Assembly (NCBI RefSeq): GCF_009914755.1
Contig: NC_060937.1
Length of the DNA stretch: 64,000 nt
DNA from: the human T2T-CHM13v2.0 reference genome, Homo sapiens
Strand: one strand, 5' to 3'
The notes under the pieces were generated by a model that did no database searches, had not been told where the DNA came from, and saw only the letters and a list, made by a program, of their open reading frames with translations. Made by a program: the position numbers and the translations under genes. Every line of letters starts with the position of its first letter. The first letter of the stretch is position 1. Of this stretch, positions 33,123-47,102 are shown piece after piece.

Positions 33123-34820
33123 CACATGCTATTTTTTACTCCTACCTTCCAACTAGAACAAAATGCCCACTGTTTGTTAAACTTTCCACATAGATATTCA
33201 TTTCTTAATTCTATCATTATTTATTAGGTGACTGCTGTTTTCCAGCCACTGTGATAGATGGATGAAATAGTTACATAAATCAAAAGTAAACATTAAGAGT
33301 GATAAGGACAGGGATAGAGATATGCGCAGCTTACTGCAGAATATTTAAGATGGAGTTCCTTACGCAGAAGTGGCAAAAACATTAAGCCAAGGAATTGAAA
33401 CACTGCTTCACTCTTTCATAGTGTTTTTGTGAGTACCACTTCTAAAAAGAAGTTCTTATTTAATGTAGGTAAAGGCTTTAAAATCCAAAACTCTCAAAAA
33501 AGTATAAACTAAGTAAAAAAGATTAATTTCAAGAAACAAACAGATACGCATTGAATTTATTGCTAAATAAGTTCTGCTTTTTTTACAAAGTTAGATACTC
33601 AAAATGAAGTCCTCTGTAGTTTTTCAGCTTTAGAACTATTACTAAATAGGCATTTTCCACTGTCAATCAAATTATATAGTTTTTATTTTAAAAGAGTCAT
33701 TGGAAATGTAATTCTCTGGTGAAGGCTTATTACTCATGGAATCCTGAGGTTAAGGAGCAGACAAGTGACAGACATTGGTTAGCACTGCCATTGTGCTTTC
33801 TGCATGGGCCCTTAAATTATAGATAGTTAATTAGATTGAGAAGACTTAGCATGTTAGAAAAACAATATGAGAGAATGACAACTTGAGAAAGACCAGACCA
33901 CAAATTAAGGTGTAGTCAGTTTGTTGCAATGTGTAACTGAGGGCATTGGTTCAGCGAAAAATGACAACTTTTCTAAAACAAGAATTAGTAGTCTATATAA
34001 GGATGCATTTGATACAGCAAAACACAGCACAATGAAGTAACAAAAAATTTCTGTCTTATGCGAATTGACTATATATATATATATATATAAAGAACCTGGC
34101 ATTTAAATTTTGACTTTTGCATTTGATTGACTCTGTCTATTATCAGTTTGCAGATTTTATGTTTCTACATAACTAAATAAAGCACCTGATTCTGTTTCTC
34201 AATGTTTCTCTAACAAATCAAGAAAAAACCTGTATCTTTTGAAATAGGAACACTCTTAATAGATAAAGTGTCCTAAAACAAAACCGCCTTGGGTTTTTAT
34301 GATACAATGTAGAATTAAATGAGTAATTTAAATTTGCATGCTCATTGGCTTGATGCCACGGTCCTGTAAAATTGCCAGCTTTACTAGTCTTAAAACTAAG
34401 GAGATAAGTAAGACTAATATTCTGAGTACCATTAATCTTTTCCGTTGAATTGTTTACCTGGGAGACGGATGAGTACATAGATCCTGTACCAGCAACTTTA
34501 TCTAAATTGTTTCTGTGTCACCTTGATATTTCAATACCTAAAAATATTAGCTGGAAGAGATAATCTATAGAAGACCTCAAATTGCCAGGGTTTATTTTAA
34601 CCCGCTACACTCCCCTTGTAGTTGTTGATAGTTTGTTGAATTAAGAATCAGAAGCATATTCTTTTAGGCATTTTTCTATCCAACTTTAACTACAAAATAA
34701 GATGTGACATTGACATTATTTTGCCTATATTAGAATTGATGTTAGAATTTAAACCATAGCTTATGATGTATTTATTTCCTAATTAATATTTTTCCACAGT
34801 GAAGAAAAAGTTAAATATTA

Positions 34821-35218
<398 letters not shown>

Positions 35219-35266
35219 TCATGTACAGCTTTGTGGGTGAGAATTTTGTTTAATTCTTTATCTAAT

Positions 35267-35467
35267 TCAAGCTCGTCCAACCTGTGGCCTGTGGACTACA
35301 TGCGGCCCTGGACAGCTTTGAATGCGGCCCAACACAAATTTGTAAACTTTTGTAAAACATTATGAGACTTTTTGCAATTTTTTTCTTTTTTAGCTCATCA
35401 GTTAGTGAATTTTATGGGTGGCCCCATAAAATGTAGCCCAGGGAAGCCAAAAGATTGGACACACCTG
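35267..35467. mobile_element. MER30 hAT-Charlie DNA transposon
   Basis: ggacagctttgaatgcggcccaacacaaatttgtaaac...cccagggaagccaaaagattggacac. Confidence 0.85.
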
Positions 35468-36494
35468 ATAATTGAAACTCATAATGTATTTGAAGTAGAG
35501 GAGTTAATATGATCTGATTTAGGCTTTAATAGTTTGTGTCAGCTGCCGTGAAGAGACAGCAATACGGAAAACAGTGAGAAAACTAATGTAATTGTCTACA
35601 AGGGTAATAATGGAGCTTGAGATAGGGTGTTGGTAGTGACAGTGGCAAAAAGGGGACAAATTAGGATACATTTTAGAGATAGACTCAACAGGATTTTCTG
35701 ATGAATGAAAGAAAATGGGATGGAAATATGAGAATCACAGATAACTACAAGATTTGGTTTGACCCACTGAGTGTTTGCTCATGCCTGTGTTGAGATGAGA
35801 CCTGAAAAGAAACAGTTTTTTTGTGGGGGGAGCTGGTTAACAAGGGTTCGGTTTTGATCAAGCTGTAAGTGAAACATCAGTTAGATATTCACATGGAGAG
35901 GTCAAGTATGCAATGGAATATACATGCCTGAAGTTCCAGAGAAAATATATGGGCTGTAAAAACGGATTTGAGATATGAATCTCAAATGTGTGTATTGATT
36001 ACATTAGAAGCCATAGAATAGGATGAGGTTATCTGCAAAGAATATTTCCATGGCAAAGAAAAGGACATCCATATCAGAGTCATAAGATACTCCAACATTT
36101 CAAAGCTTGAACAGAAGAGTAAGAGCCAGTATACGTGATTAAGAAGAGACGGCTTTTGAAGTAGGAGAAAACACAAGAATTTGGATTCTTAGACTTCTGT
36201 CGCAAGAAAGAGAAAATGGTCCGTTATCTCAGATGTTACTGAGATGTCAAATAAGAGAAGAACCTAGAAGTCATAGGTAAATTTGACTGCATCATCTGTG
36301 TTGATCTTTACAAGGACATTTTCATGAAGCTGTGGGAATGGAAGCCTTATTGAAATAAATTGAGGAAAAAATGTGAGACGATAGTTTAGAAACAATAACT
36401 TACATACTTCTATTTTCAGAAGTTTTGTTATTATATGGGAACAGGAGAATAGAGTGGTTAACTAGAGAGGTTTGCAAAGTGCAGGGAAGTTTCC

Positions 36495-36768
36495 TTTTTT
36501 GAGACAGGGTCTTGTTCTGTTGTCCAGGCTGGAGCGCAGCAGCCAAATCTATTACTCTCTGTAACCTCAAACTCCTTGGCTCAGGTGATCCTCTCACTTC
36601 TGCTTCCTGAGTAACTAGAATCACACTTGGCTAAGTTTTTAATGTTTTGTAGAGACAGGGTCTCACTATGTTGCCCAGGCTGGTTTCGAACTCCTGGGCT
36701 CCAACGAGTCTTCCATTTAGGTTCCTCAAAGCATTAGGATTACAGGCATGAGCCACCACACTCATTCT
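36495..36768 (-). mobile_element. AluJ
   Basis: gtctcactatgttgcccaggctgg...ctcctgggctc; TSD gggaagtttccttttt. Confidence 0.9.
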
Positions 36769-36799
36769 GGGAAGTTTCCTTTTTTAAAAGAGGAAATAC

Positions 36800-37120
36800 T
36801 GACTGGGATGGGGTGGGTATGGCAAGGCACTGGGGAAATGTTGGTCAACGGATACAAAATTTCAGTTAAATAGGAGGAATAAGTTCAAGACAGTAATTGT
36901 ACAACATAATACAGTTAATAACAATGCACTGTATGATTGAAAATCACTGAAAGTAGATTTTGTTCTCACCATAAAAAGTGTGTAAGGTTATGCATATGTT
37001 AATTAGCTCAATTTAGCTATTCCACAGTGTATACATATTTTGAAACATTATGTTGTCATTGATAAATATATGCTATTTGTATTTGTCAACTTAAAATATG
37101 AAATAATTAATTATGAATAT
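36800..37120 (+). mobile_element. L1MA 3'UTR fragment
   Basis: ggggaaatgttggtcaacggatacaaaatttcagttaaataggaggaataagttcaag. Confidence 0.8.
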
Positions 37121-38159
37121 TAAAAAGGCAATACAGGATTATGATTATGCCTTTGGCAATGTCGTCCACATAGTGTGGGGGTAATTAATGATGCAATAAC
37201 ACTGAGGAGAGGAATGAGCACAGAAGCCGGTGGCTGAAACAGGAGGAGATCCGGAGCATACTGAGAGACTTTGGTCATTGACCAGCACAAGGTCATATCA
37301 TTCACAGTAAGACAAGGGAAGGCAGTGAGCGTATGTAAAGCTGAAGATGGACAACTGACTTGTTAGTGGAAAAATGGAGGAAATCCCCTCTGCATGCAAA
37401 TTTGATATAAAGTCATGAGCAGCTTTAGGGCTAGGAAGCAAGGAGAAATGGAGATAGAATATGGAAAATAATTTAAACAGCAAAATGTGAGTACACAGGA
37501 GGACTGCACTAAAATTTCTAGGCATTATTGAGTGTCCCTTTGAAATCTGGAGTGAGGTTAAAGTGAGGCCAAGAAGCATGGACACATTCAATTGCTAGTA
37601 ATGATATGCATTAAATGGAAATTCATGTTAAATTAGGTTATGATTTTTTGGTTGATACCAAGGGAGTAAGATTTAAGTGAAGATATTTACAAAATTTGGC
37701 AAATGTTTTATCAACTGAAGTTATAATTATTAGAAAAACAATAGAGAAACAACACTAGATCATGTAATTTTAAGATTTACTTCTTAAGACCAAAGGGAAA
37801 AATTTAATGTTATTGCCATGTTTTGACATTTTATTAATTTTGCCTTTAAATCCAATGATTTCTCTGTCTCATAAATATATAAAACCTGATTTAAAGCTAT
37901 CCTTTGCTTCAAGCAGTTAAAAATGAATCTGGAGTACTGTTTAAGGCCCAGAGTAATGGAGCCAAACAGACATGGGTTTGAATTGTGGTATCGGCTATTA
38001 TTTATGTTCTCTTGGACAAATTTATATCTTTTATGATCTACTAGACTACATAATAATGGAATCATATCATTCATATAATATCCTAAATCAACATCTGGCA
38101 TATAATAGAGCTCCATAAATATCGACAATTTGCTAGTGTCACTGTCATTGTTGCTACCA

Positions 38160-38823
38160 CCCATGGACACGGCATTCTTTCGAGGACCCTTAGATGGACC
38201 CTAGGAGGAGCCCTAGCTGCTGTTCCCCATTCAACACCCCCATTCAGTAAGAGGTAGCCAGAAGGAGTCACCACCCAAAACCCCCAACAGCAGTTAGGGT
38301 GACATCTCCACAGGGAGTTATTAACAAATTACTTTAGGCAGATAGATAGGAAAAGGGGTTCTTGGGAAGTTTTTGTTTCCTTTAAAGCTGCTCCAGAAAC
38401 CTTTGTCTACCAGGAAAGCCCCCATGCTTAGAGCCAGGCAGCAAGCTTTGGTATGCAAATGCTGGCCATTAGAAACTGGGTCCACCCAAACATGGCAATT
38501 CCCGCCCTCTTCTCCTTACCCTTGCCCCCACATGTGCCTGCCCCCACATATCCTCAGGTGTGTAGAACACCATGGCACCCTGCATTTACATATTAAAAGG
38601 CTAGGGTGGGAGGGCCGGGTTTTTCTGTGGGCTACGAGAGTGATATGACTGGTCAAACCAATTCCCTTAGCCCTATGCAAATCAGACACCACCTCTCCAG
38701 CCTTCCCTTTGAATCCCCACTCCCCTCGTCTCTATCTCTGTATGGGGGAGCTGTTTTCTTCTTCCTTCCTCCTTTCTTGCCTATTAAACTCTTCCCTCCT
38801 TAAAAACAAAATAATAATAATAA
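38160..38823 (+). mobile_element. ERV1 (MER4 group; MER61/LTR9-like) 3' internal segment plus U3-R, ending in an A-rich tail with no U5
   Basis: gaggacccttagatggaccc...aacagcagttagggt (3' internal); ttaggcagatag...taaaaggctagggtgggaggg (U3); ATTAAA at 38783 then aaaaacaaaataataataataa. Confidence 0.75.
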
Positions 38824-41800
38824 TTTGGTAAATCAAGTTATCAGATTATGTTTAGTCCAATTCGGCATGCTGCCCTTGTCTGAAACCTCAGAAAAATCGA
38901 GACTATCAGTTGTGTACTTACATGAGATTCCCCTTTTCATATCTGTAAAACTATCCATATCAAGATAAAATCTATCTTCGTGAATTCCCCACAGGTTCCC
39001 CATTCTCTTTTTATTCCTCAGTCCAGAATTTCTCCCAATGAAATCACTGAAAAATTTCATCAGTTATTTCAGAAATTACACATCTCTTAGTCTATATTTA
39101 ATTCTTACAGTGCTTGAATTATCTATAAGATGTACGTCTGACACCTTTTTATTCTTGAAACTGTTGGCCTCCTTGTTTTTACAGGATTCTGTTCCATTTC
39201 TTCCACTTTCTTCCCCATCTTATTCACTAGCTGTTCCTCCCATCACCCACTCACATACTGATGTTTTGGATTCCTAGTATCTACTCTCTTTTTGTCTTTC
39301 TCTCCACAGTGCTCCTCAACCTTTTGTGTAAATATTAGCTTCTATAGAATTTTTTTAGTGTCTAGATTGGTCTCTGTTCAGAAAGCTTTTTATTCAACAG
39401 CTTGTAGATGAGGCTTCAAAAAGTATAGGCCCTAAAGCACAGAAAATGATTCTGGCATATAACTCAAGATGAGAACCACTGTCTACACATTCTCCATGGG
39501 CTGTCTCACCCAATCCCAGCTTGTAATCTGTTCGGAAAGTCACACCTTTAATAACTCATAATAATAAAAGTCAGAATTTACATATCTGACTGAATTCAAT
39601 AGCCTCTATATAATCTTCTTAACAGGGAAGATTTTAAAAAATAGTTAAAACTAGTAAGTACTCAATGAACATTTGGTGCATGAAAAAAGGAACAAATGAT
39701 CCCCCTGCAAAAATAAAAAATAGATCAGATTTTTTTTTTTTAATTTTTGAGGATGGTAGTAAACTGGCCTCATGACATTATCATTGACAACTTAATTTGA
39801 AATTATTATCAAATAGGAAAAGGGAAACATATAAGTGGAAGACAAGATAGAAAGTGTTCTTCAATATCGCAATGTCAGCTTACTGTTATCTACTTCTGAA
39901 AACCTTGAAATGCAAGTTTCTTACTTAGAATCTGCCCTTTTAAAATTGTCTGCAAGATTATTAAATAAACCAGTAAAATATGATTTCATGCTATTGTGTT
40001 TACCAAATTGCAGATAACCAGTTTCTTCGCAAAACCAAAGGAATGTCAAAGTGCTGCTGTATGTCACAAACTCTGGCGCCAATTCTCAAGATGTTTAACT
40101 TTAAAATGTACCCTTAGTAAACAAAAGAAGATGAAAACCTTGGCAGAAAGTTAAACTGCCCACAGATGCAGACTATCATTTTCTAAAAGCCTCTAGTAGC
40201 ATAGATTCTTCTTTCACTTCAGGGTGACACAGTCTGTCTTTGTTATTTTGTGAATCTATAGCTTGCACATCTGCATTGAATCTTATTTAAAAGGAAAAAT
40301 ATTATAAATTATTTTGCCTATTCATCATAATCGTAGTCAAGATGACTATTTTTTTTTAAAGTTTTACTTACTAAAATGCAGCTTTATTATTTGAATTAGG
40401 CATTTAGTTGGTTTACATTTACTTTGCAAAGACAACTTTTTGTTTGTTGGAATTATCACAAACTATGCTTTAAATATTAGAAAGTACACATATTATGAGA
40501 TTTTAAAGAAAAATCTTGAGCAGTGTTGTCATGAGCATTAACTGGTATATATAAAATGTACCTAACGGAGTAGCTGACACATAGAACATAGCTAATGGAA
40601 ACATTAATATTACTTGGTTATAGAATGGTGTTATATATTAGCTTAGTTTTGAGTTGGAGTCCCTACTGACTACAATTTAAATGTACAAACCACTTAGGTG
40701 ATCTTTTGTAGGCCATAGGAGATGGAGAAAATTATGAGATTGTTCAATAAATTAGTGGTTCAATAAATATTTGAAAACATGTTATGTTCAGCCCAAGTAA
40801 TTTGTCTTTCTGTTGGGTATAACTACAAATTAATAATTAGTTCCATGTGGATTATAAGTTTTACTTGGTAAATTAACTTGACATATACATTGGTATCCTG
40901 TAAAGTGAAAATATAAATATACAATTAAGAGAAATAAGTTTAAGGTAAATGACCAAGTAACATATGTACATCTTTCTGTTAATCAGCAGATCACCTTCAA
41001 AGCAGGTGGGAAGGTAGGAGCATACCAGAAATTTGGAGATGACTTTTGAACTACACCCACCCCTATGTTTACCCCACCCTACTCCTTCCTTCTATCCAAA
41101 ATCTTATTTAAGGATCTTTGAAAAATTAGAATTGTTATTAAGGGGAGTAATTCTACATAAGAATACAGAGAATGCAGATCACTGTAACGTTAAAAATAAC
41201 ATGTTAATCATGGAATATTCTTGTCACTTAACATAGTTTAAACAAGATTCTGTGTATTTAAACAGAAAGATAATACTACTAAACATTACACAGCTTCTTG
41301 ATATTTTCATTATTAATACACATGTTAAATTATTAAGTAAAATATTTTTATATGTATATGTATATATAAATTACATGTTTGCTGGGGAAAAGACAATATT
41401 TCTGCTTGTTTTTACCACAAAATAGATTAAAGAGGGTATGTACTGAATTCATATTATCAATACTAAAAATTATTAGTATTCTGGTTTCTGATCAGGTAAA
41501 TACATTATCATTTTTAGTAATAATAATCATTCCCGGACACAACTCAGTGAGCATTTGAGTTAGAAATTGTAATAAGCCTTTCACTTAAAGTTTTTGCATT
41601 TTTCATATAACTTGAATTATTTGTTTTGTTAATTACTTTTAGTTATATTTATATATTTTTATACTTTACTAGTTCCTGGGATTACATATTTGATTATTCA
41701 CAAAACACATAATTCGCTATATGTTTGTAGATACCACCGTAGAATACTTGAAACAATCATCCATTAACTCAAAAACATTAAATAATTTACACATTTATAG

Positions 41801-42367
41801 TCTTAATTTCATCAAGATCATACTCTAAAGCATTCTCTTTACCTACTGATACATCATATCACTGATATTATCTTCACGGTAATAGACCATATAAAGTAAT
41901 GAGGTAGTAAGACATATTTAGGGCATTTATTTAAAATAGTATTTGTTTTGAAAACATTTGCTTTTGTAAACATCTTAGAAGAAATAATAAAACAGTACTG
42001 TAACTTTGCTCAATGTTGAGTCCTTACTTTTTTATCAGATAATATTGTTTTGTGTGCTTAATGTTTTACTTTTTCAGAATTTATAGTGATTGTGAATGGA
42101 AACATAATATAGGCTGTATGCATCTGTTATTAGTATGCATGCATGAAAATAAAAATACTTAAAAATGATAGCCATTTAGAAAACAATGTATGATATTTAA
42201 TATGCTGAGTTTGTCAGTTATATTTGTGTATAATGCTTATTCAAAAATTACCAGTGGTATACATACGTTTAAGGGTACATTTATTTCAAAGCACATAATA
42301 TAATTTTTAATTTGTCGATCAATTAACCTGTAATTTATGTTATTTTAAACGAGATTCTGTACCAAAG

Positions 42368-43137
42368 TGAAATGGGGGAGTTCCTTCACCCCTTCATGGG
42401 ACTTGGGACAGGAGTGCGGCTCCTTTGCTTGGCTTCTGTGTGCTCAAACCCCTTACGGGATAGGGAGCACACAGATGAGCAGGTGCAGTAGCTAGGGTGA
42501 GCACTCTTGGGCTCCAGCCCCACGGTAGCATCTAGAGGTGTGTTAAAATTAATGCTTTTTTAGCTCTGCCATCCGCAGACAGTTTAGTGTCAAATCAGCT
42601 TGGTGGAGAATCAGAGTGACAGCCTTTTACACCCTGCCCTCTTGGTACCCGAGTCCTTGTCTGGCATCCAGGATGAATCAGGTCACTTGGACTTGAATGA
42701 TGTTGACTGAGGAGATTTTACTGAGTGATAGAGGTGCAGCAGGATGGATGGGGAGCTGGAAAGGGAATAGAGTGCAAAGATGATCTTCCCCAGGAGTTTG
42801 GTGGTCCTGTGGCTGATCTCCCCTCTGACTGTCTCCAGCCAAACTCCTCTCAACATTCAGATGCTGTTTCTCTTCTTTCCTTCTCTGCCACTTCAGTCTG
42901 CGACTCTGCCACTCTTCTGCTCCTCTGTTCCTCTGCTCATGGAGCTTGGGGTTTATATGGGCACAGTATAGAGGCATGGCGGGTCAGAGTAGTCTTGGAA
43001 AAGGTAACATTAGGGCATGAAAATAGGAATGGCTGTTCCCATTGAAGATGGCAGGTTTCCAGGATTGAGGTGGGTGGGGCCTTTGCTGCGGACCCATCCT
43101 CTTCTACCCAATATTTCTCTGCCTCCTATCCATATCA
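42368..43137 (-). mobile_element. LTR1-family ERV1 solo LTR
   Basis: Minus strand starts TGATATGGATAGGAGGCAGAGAAATATTGGGTAGAAGAGG; TG...CA termini. Confidence 0.85.
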
Positions 43138-43249
43138 GTAAAAGCATTGTAACCCCTTAATAAGACTTAGATATCTGAAAATCATAAAGAATTATAAAAC
43201 ATAATATAAATAGAAGTTAAAATGAATATATACCTATTAAAAAATAATT

Positions 43250-43581
43250 AGCTGGGCGTGGTTGCTCATGCTTGTAATCTCAGCATTTTGGGAGACTGAG
43301 GCAGGGGTACTGCTTGAGCCCAGGAGTTCAAGACCAGCCTGGAAAACATGGAGAAACCCTATCTTTACCAAACATACAAAAATTAGTTGGGTGTGGGAGT
43401 ACATGCCTGTGATCCCAGCTACTCAGGAAGCTGAGGTGGGAGGAGCACTTGAGCCCAGGAGGTTGAGGCTTCTGGAAGGTTGAGGATGCTGTAAAGTTAA
43501 GGCTGCTGTGAGCCAAGATCACATCGCTGTACTCCAGCCTGGATGACACAATGAGGACTGCCTGAAAAAAAAGAAAAAAAA
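43250..43581 (+). mobile_element. AluJ with internal 17-bp triplication
   Basis: ctgcttgagcccaggagttcaagacc; gaggtgggaggagcacttgagcccagg. Confidence 0.9.
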
Positions 43582-43829
43582 TCTGAAGTAAAGTAAGGTT
43601 GTTTGTGTTATTACAGAATATTATAGTATCACTTATTGTTTAAGGGTAGAAAAGTATTGATTTAAAAAAAAAACCAGGTTCATACTCTGCTCCATCACCT
43701 CCTAGCTATGTAATCTTTCACATACATTTCAACCTCCCTGTGCTTGGGTTTTCTTGTTGACAAAATGGGGAATGTAGTATTTTCTGTCATATAAAAGATC
43801 TATGAAGATTAAATGTGATTATCTGTATA

Positions 43830-43920
43830 TCTTCTTCCTGTTTCTCCCTCCCTCCCTCTCTCCCTTCCTTCCTTTCCTCCCTCCCTCCCACCTTCTCTCT
43901 CTCTCTTTCTCTCTTTCTTT
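43830..43920. repeat. CT-rich low-complexity tract
   Basis: (ccct)n, (cctt)n and (ct)n runs. Confidence 0.85.
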
Positions 43921-45055
43921 GTTCTGGGTTGTAGTTGTCTACCTGTCTCTAAGCATGGTTTGGCAAACAGTACTAGACTTTTTCAGTATCTGTTCATACC
44001 TTTTCCCATTGTAAAAAAAGCTATCCGCTCTCCATGTTTATTCAGGATAGAGATGGCATTTCCAAAAACTCTTGTAGCTAGTTATGAGCATATGACTTGT
44101 TTCTGGATAATGAAATGTAAGTAAAAATGTTATTCGTGAACTTTTGGAAAACTATAAAATGTAGTCGATGTTCAAATTTTGTTTTATTATTTGGTGCTTA
44201 TTTCATCTTGTTGCCTGATATGTAAATGTGATAGTGGATCTCATTCTAATATTTAGAAACAGTAATTAAAATCATACTTCAGGATTAGTAGGATAATCCA
44301 GAAAAAGTCTGTATTTATGAAGAATTATAGGACATAGTCACACACAATCTTTGGATTTTCTACTTCTGAATTTTAACAAAGTAGAGAAAAACTTCTTTGT
44401 CACATAAGACTCTGTTATATTGATTTTTTGTTGTTTACTTATAAACACACTAACATTCCAGATATTAAATTGACACGAGTATTTTCTGTAAAAGAACTAT
44501 AAAGTAAGCAAAAGAATCTTAAATGAGAACTAATACTTTTTCTCCTTTCACATAATGTAGAGTTAAATGGTGACCTGAATGAACCAGAATGATATTAAAC
44601 AAATTTTGAATTTAGGATTTGGTGTATTGTCTCATTTTATGGCATTGCATATGTCATTTACTAAGAATTATTTCTGTCATATTTGAAAACTGGAAAAGGT
44701 ACAATCAAGAATGACTGGATTGGAGGTTATTGAAGTTGCTGTTAGGCAGGGACACCAATAGAACTCAGCCCTAAGGAATGCTGTTTTCTGAAGATGGCTC
44801 ATTGATATTCAAATATAATTAAAGAAAACTGGGTGACTTGTGAAAATATTTATATTTTGAGGTCCTTAGTAAACACTTTTGAAGTTTCTAAAAAGAAAAA
44901 GTCAACAGCTTCAATATCTAGTTTTCTGTTTTGCATGTGTAACCTGTTGACTACCAACATTTTACAGCTGTTGTTGTATACACTGAAAATAAAGTTGACA
45001 GGCTAAAGTGAAGCATTTCCTAATGAATTCTTTGCCCAGTGATACAGGGCTGATG

Positions 45056-46287
45056 GTACATTAAGTTTTATTGTTGCTGTGACAAATTATCACACATTTA
45101 GTAGTGTAGAGAACACAGTTTATTGCCTTCGAGTTCTGCACGTAAGTCTGGCAGGTCTCACTGGACTAAAGTCAAGATGTCAAGGTGTTGGCAGAGCTGC
45201 ATTCCTTTCTAGAGGGCCTAGGAGAAAATTTTTCAGAGTCTTTTCCGTCTTCAACCAGACACTTCTATTCTGTGGCTCATGGCTCCCTTCCTCCATCTTC
45301 TTTTTTTTTTAACTCTATATTTTATTTTTTTTATTATTATACTTTAAGTTCTGGGGTACATGTGCAGAACGTGCAGGTTTGTTACATACGTATACATGTG
45401 CCATGTTGGTTTGCTGCACCCATCAACTCATCATTTACATTAGCTATTTCTCCTAATGCTATCCCTCCCCAGTCCTCTACCCCCTGACAGGCCCCAGTGT
45501 GTGATGTTCCCCTCCCTGTGTCCATATGTTCTCATTGTTCAACTCCCACTTATGAGTGAGAACATGTGGTGTTTGGTTTTCTCTTCTTGTGTTACTTTGT
45601 TGAGAATGATGTTTTCCAGTTTCATCCATGTCCCTGCAAAGGTCATGAACTCATCCTTTTTAATGGCTGCATAGTATTCCATGGTGCATTTGTGCCAAAT
45701 TTTCTTTATCCAGTCTTTCATTGATGGACATTTGGTTTGGTCCCAAGATTTTACTATTGTGAACAGTGCTGCAATAAACATATGTGTGCATGTGTCTTTA
45801 TAGGAGAATGATTTACAATTCTTTGGGTATATACCCAGTAATGAGATTGCTGGGTCAAATGGTATTTCAAGTTCTAGATCCTTGAGGAATCACCACACTG
45901 TCTTCCACAATGGCTGAACTAATTTACACTCCCCCACCAACAGTGTAAAAGCATGCCTATTTCTCCACATCCTCTCCATCATCTGTTGTTTCCTGACTTT
46001 TTAATGATTGCCATTCTAACTAGTGTGAGATGGTATCTCATTGTGGTTTTGATTTGAGTCCTCTCACATGGCATTGCACTGATCTACAGTTCTGCCTCCT
46101 CTTCCACTTTTAATGAGCTTTGTAATTTCATTGGGGCCACCTAAATCATCCCAGATAATCTCAATTCAAGCTCCTCAACTTAATCATACCTGCGGAATCT
46201 TGTTCCCATGTAAGGTAACACATACATGGATTTGCAGTATTAGAACACAGACATCCTTAGAGGAGTCATTATTCTGCCTAACACATA
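45056..46287 (-). mobile_element. MLT1-type MaLR LTR split by L1 (45056-45300 and 46056-46287)
   Basis: ttgctgtgacaaattatcacacattt...ggtgttggcagagctgcattcc; cttgtaatttcattggggccacc...taaggtaaca...attattctgcctaacaca. Confidence 0.82.
45301..46055 (-). mobile_element. L1PA (PA7-like) 5'-truncated 3' end
   Basis: T-rich tail, ttatactttaagttctgggg...; ORF 45539..45781 is the ORF2 C-terminus (MFIAALFTI...MEYYAAIK). Confidence 0.92.
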
Positions 46288-46914
46288 TGGTTACCAAAGA
46301 GATTTATAAAACATTGCATTATGATCACTAGGTTTCTTTCCATGTATGTATATTCTATGACTCACTAAGTACATATACTGCTGACTCAGGAACCATTACG
46401 TTTTAGATAATTGTATGTTTTTACTGCTCATCTTGAGTGTTATTTTTGCTATCAGTAAAATATAGCTATTCTTATAAGTTTGTCTAAAAGTTGATTTAAC
46501 TAGAGAGGGAGGTCTTAAACATTGAGTGGCAATTCTAGAAGTAACTAAAAGAATTTTCAGAGAAAAGAGGTGCCTCTGTCTAACAAAAAGGATCATCTGC
46601 AAATTTTGGAGGTCAAAGAATTAGCATCTCAATCTACCACATCAGCTTTATATTTTATTTTCATTTTTATATTATAGCATTAAATACACACATATTTGCA
46701 TAAATATAGCAAGTAAGTATGCATTTGCAAAAATTTATAGGTATAAACTAGGGTATATATACATATGAGTATATCTGTATATGTTTATCTTATCAATTTT
46801 ATTTTAGAATCACATTTGTTATTAAATATTTGAAAGTTTGGCAAATTTATACTTTTTAATTAGCATTTTAACTTCTATAGCTTACATGCTAGAGGCATAT
46901 TTGATATTGTTACA

Positions 46915-47102
46915 ATATCAATATAAATATTTAATATATTTTATTAAATATTTAATTATATTTAAATATAAATATTTAATTAAATATTTATATAATTTTA
47001 TATTTATATAATATATAATTACAATATATAATTTTATATTTATATAATATTTATATAATATATAATTAAATATTTAATTATATAAATATTTAATTATATT
47101 TT
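46915..47102. repeat. AT-only low-complexity tract
   Basis: ~185 bp of almost exclusively A/T with recurring taaatatttaat units. Confidence 0.9.

Larger units (their letters stand above)
35470..37620 (-). mobile_element. Degenerate L2 LINE, interrupted by AluJ and an L1M fragment
   Basis: atatgatctgatttagg..., gatattcacatggagaggtcaagt..., gagatgtcaaataagagaagaac are reverse-complement L2 motifs. Confidence 0.6.

Noticed and set aside
34325-34375. Octamer (ATTTGCAT) plus reverse CCAAT as an enhancer
   Set aside because: Single motif pair; unsupported without conservation or chromatin data
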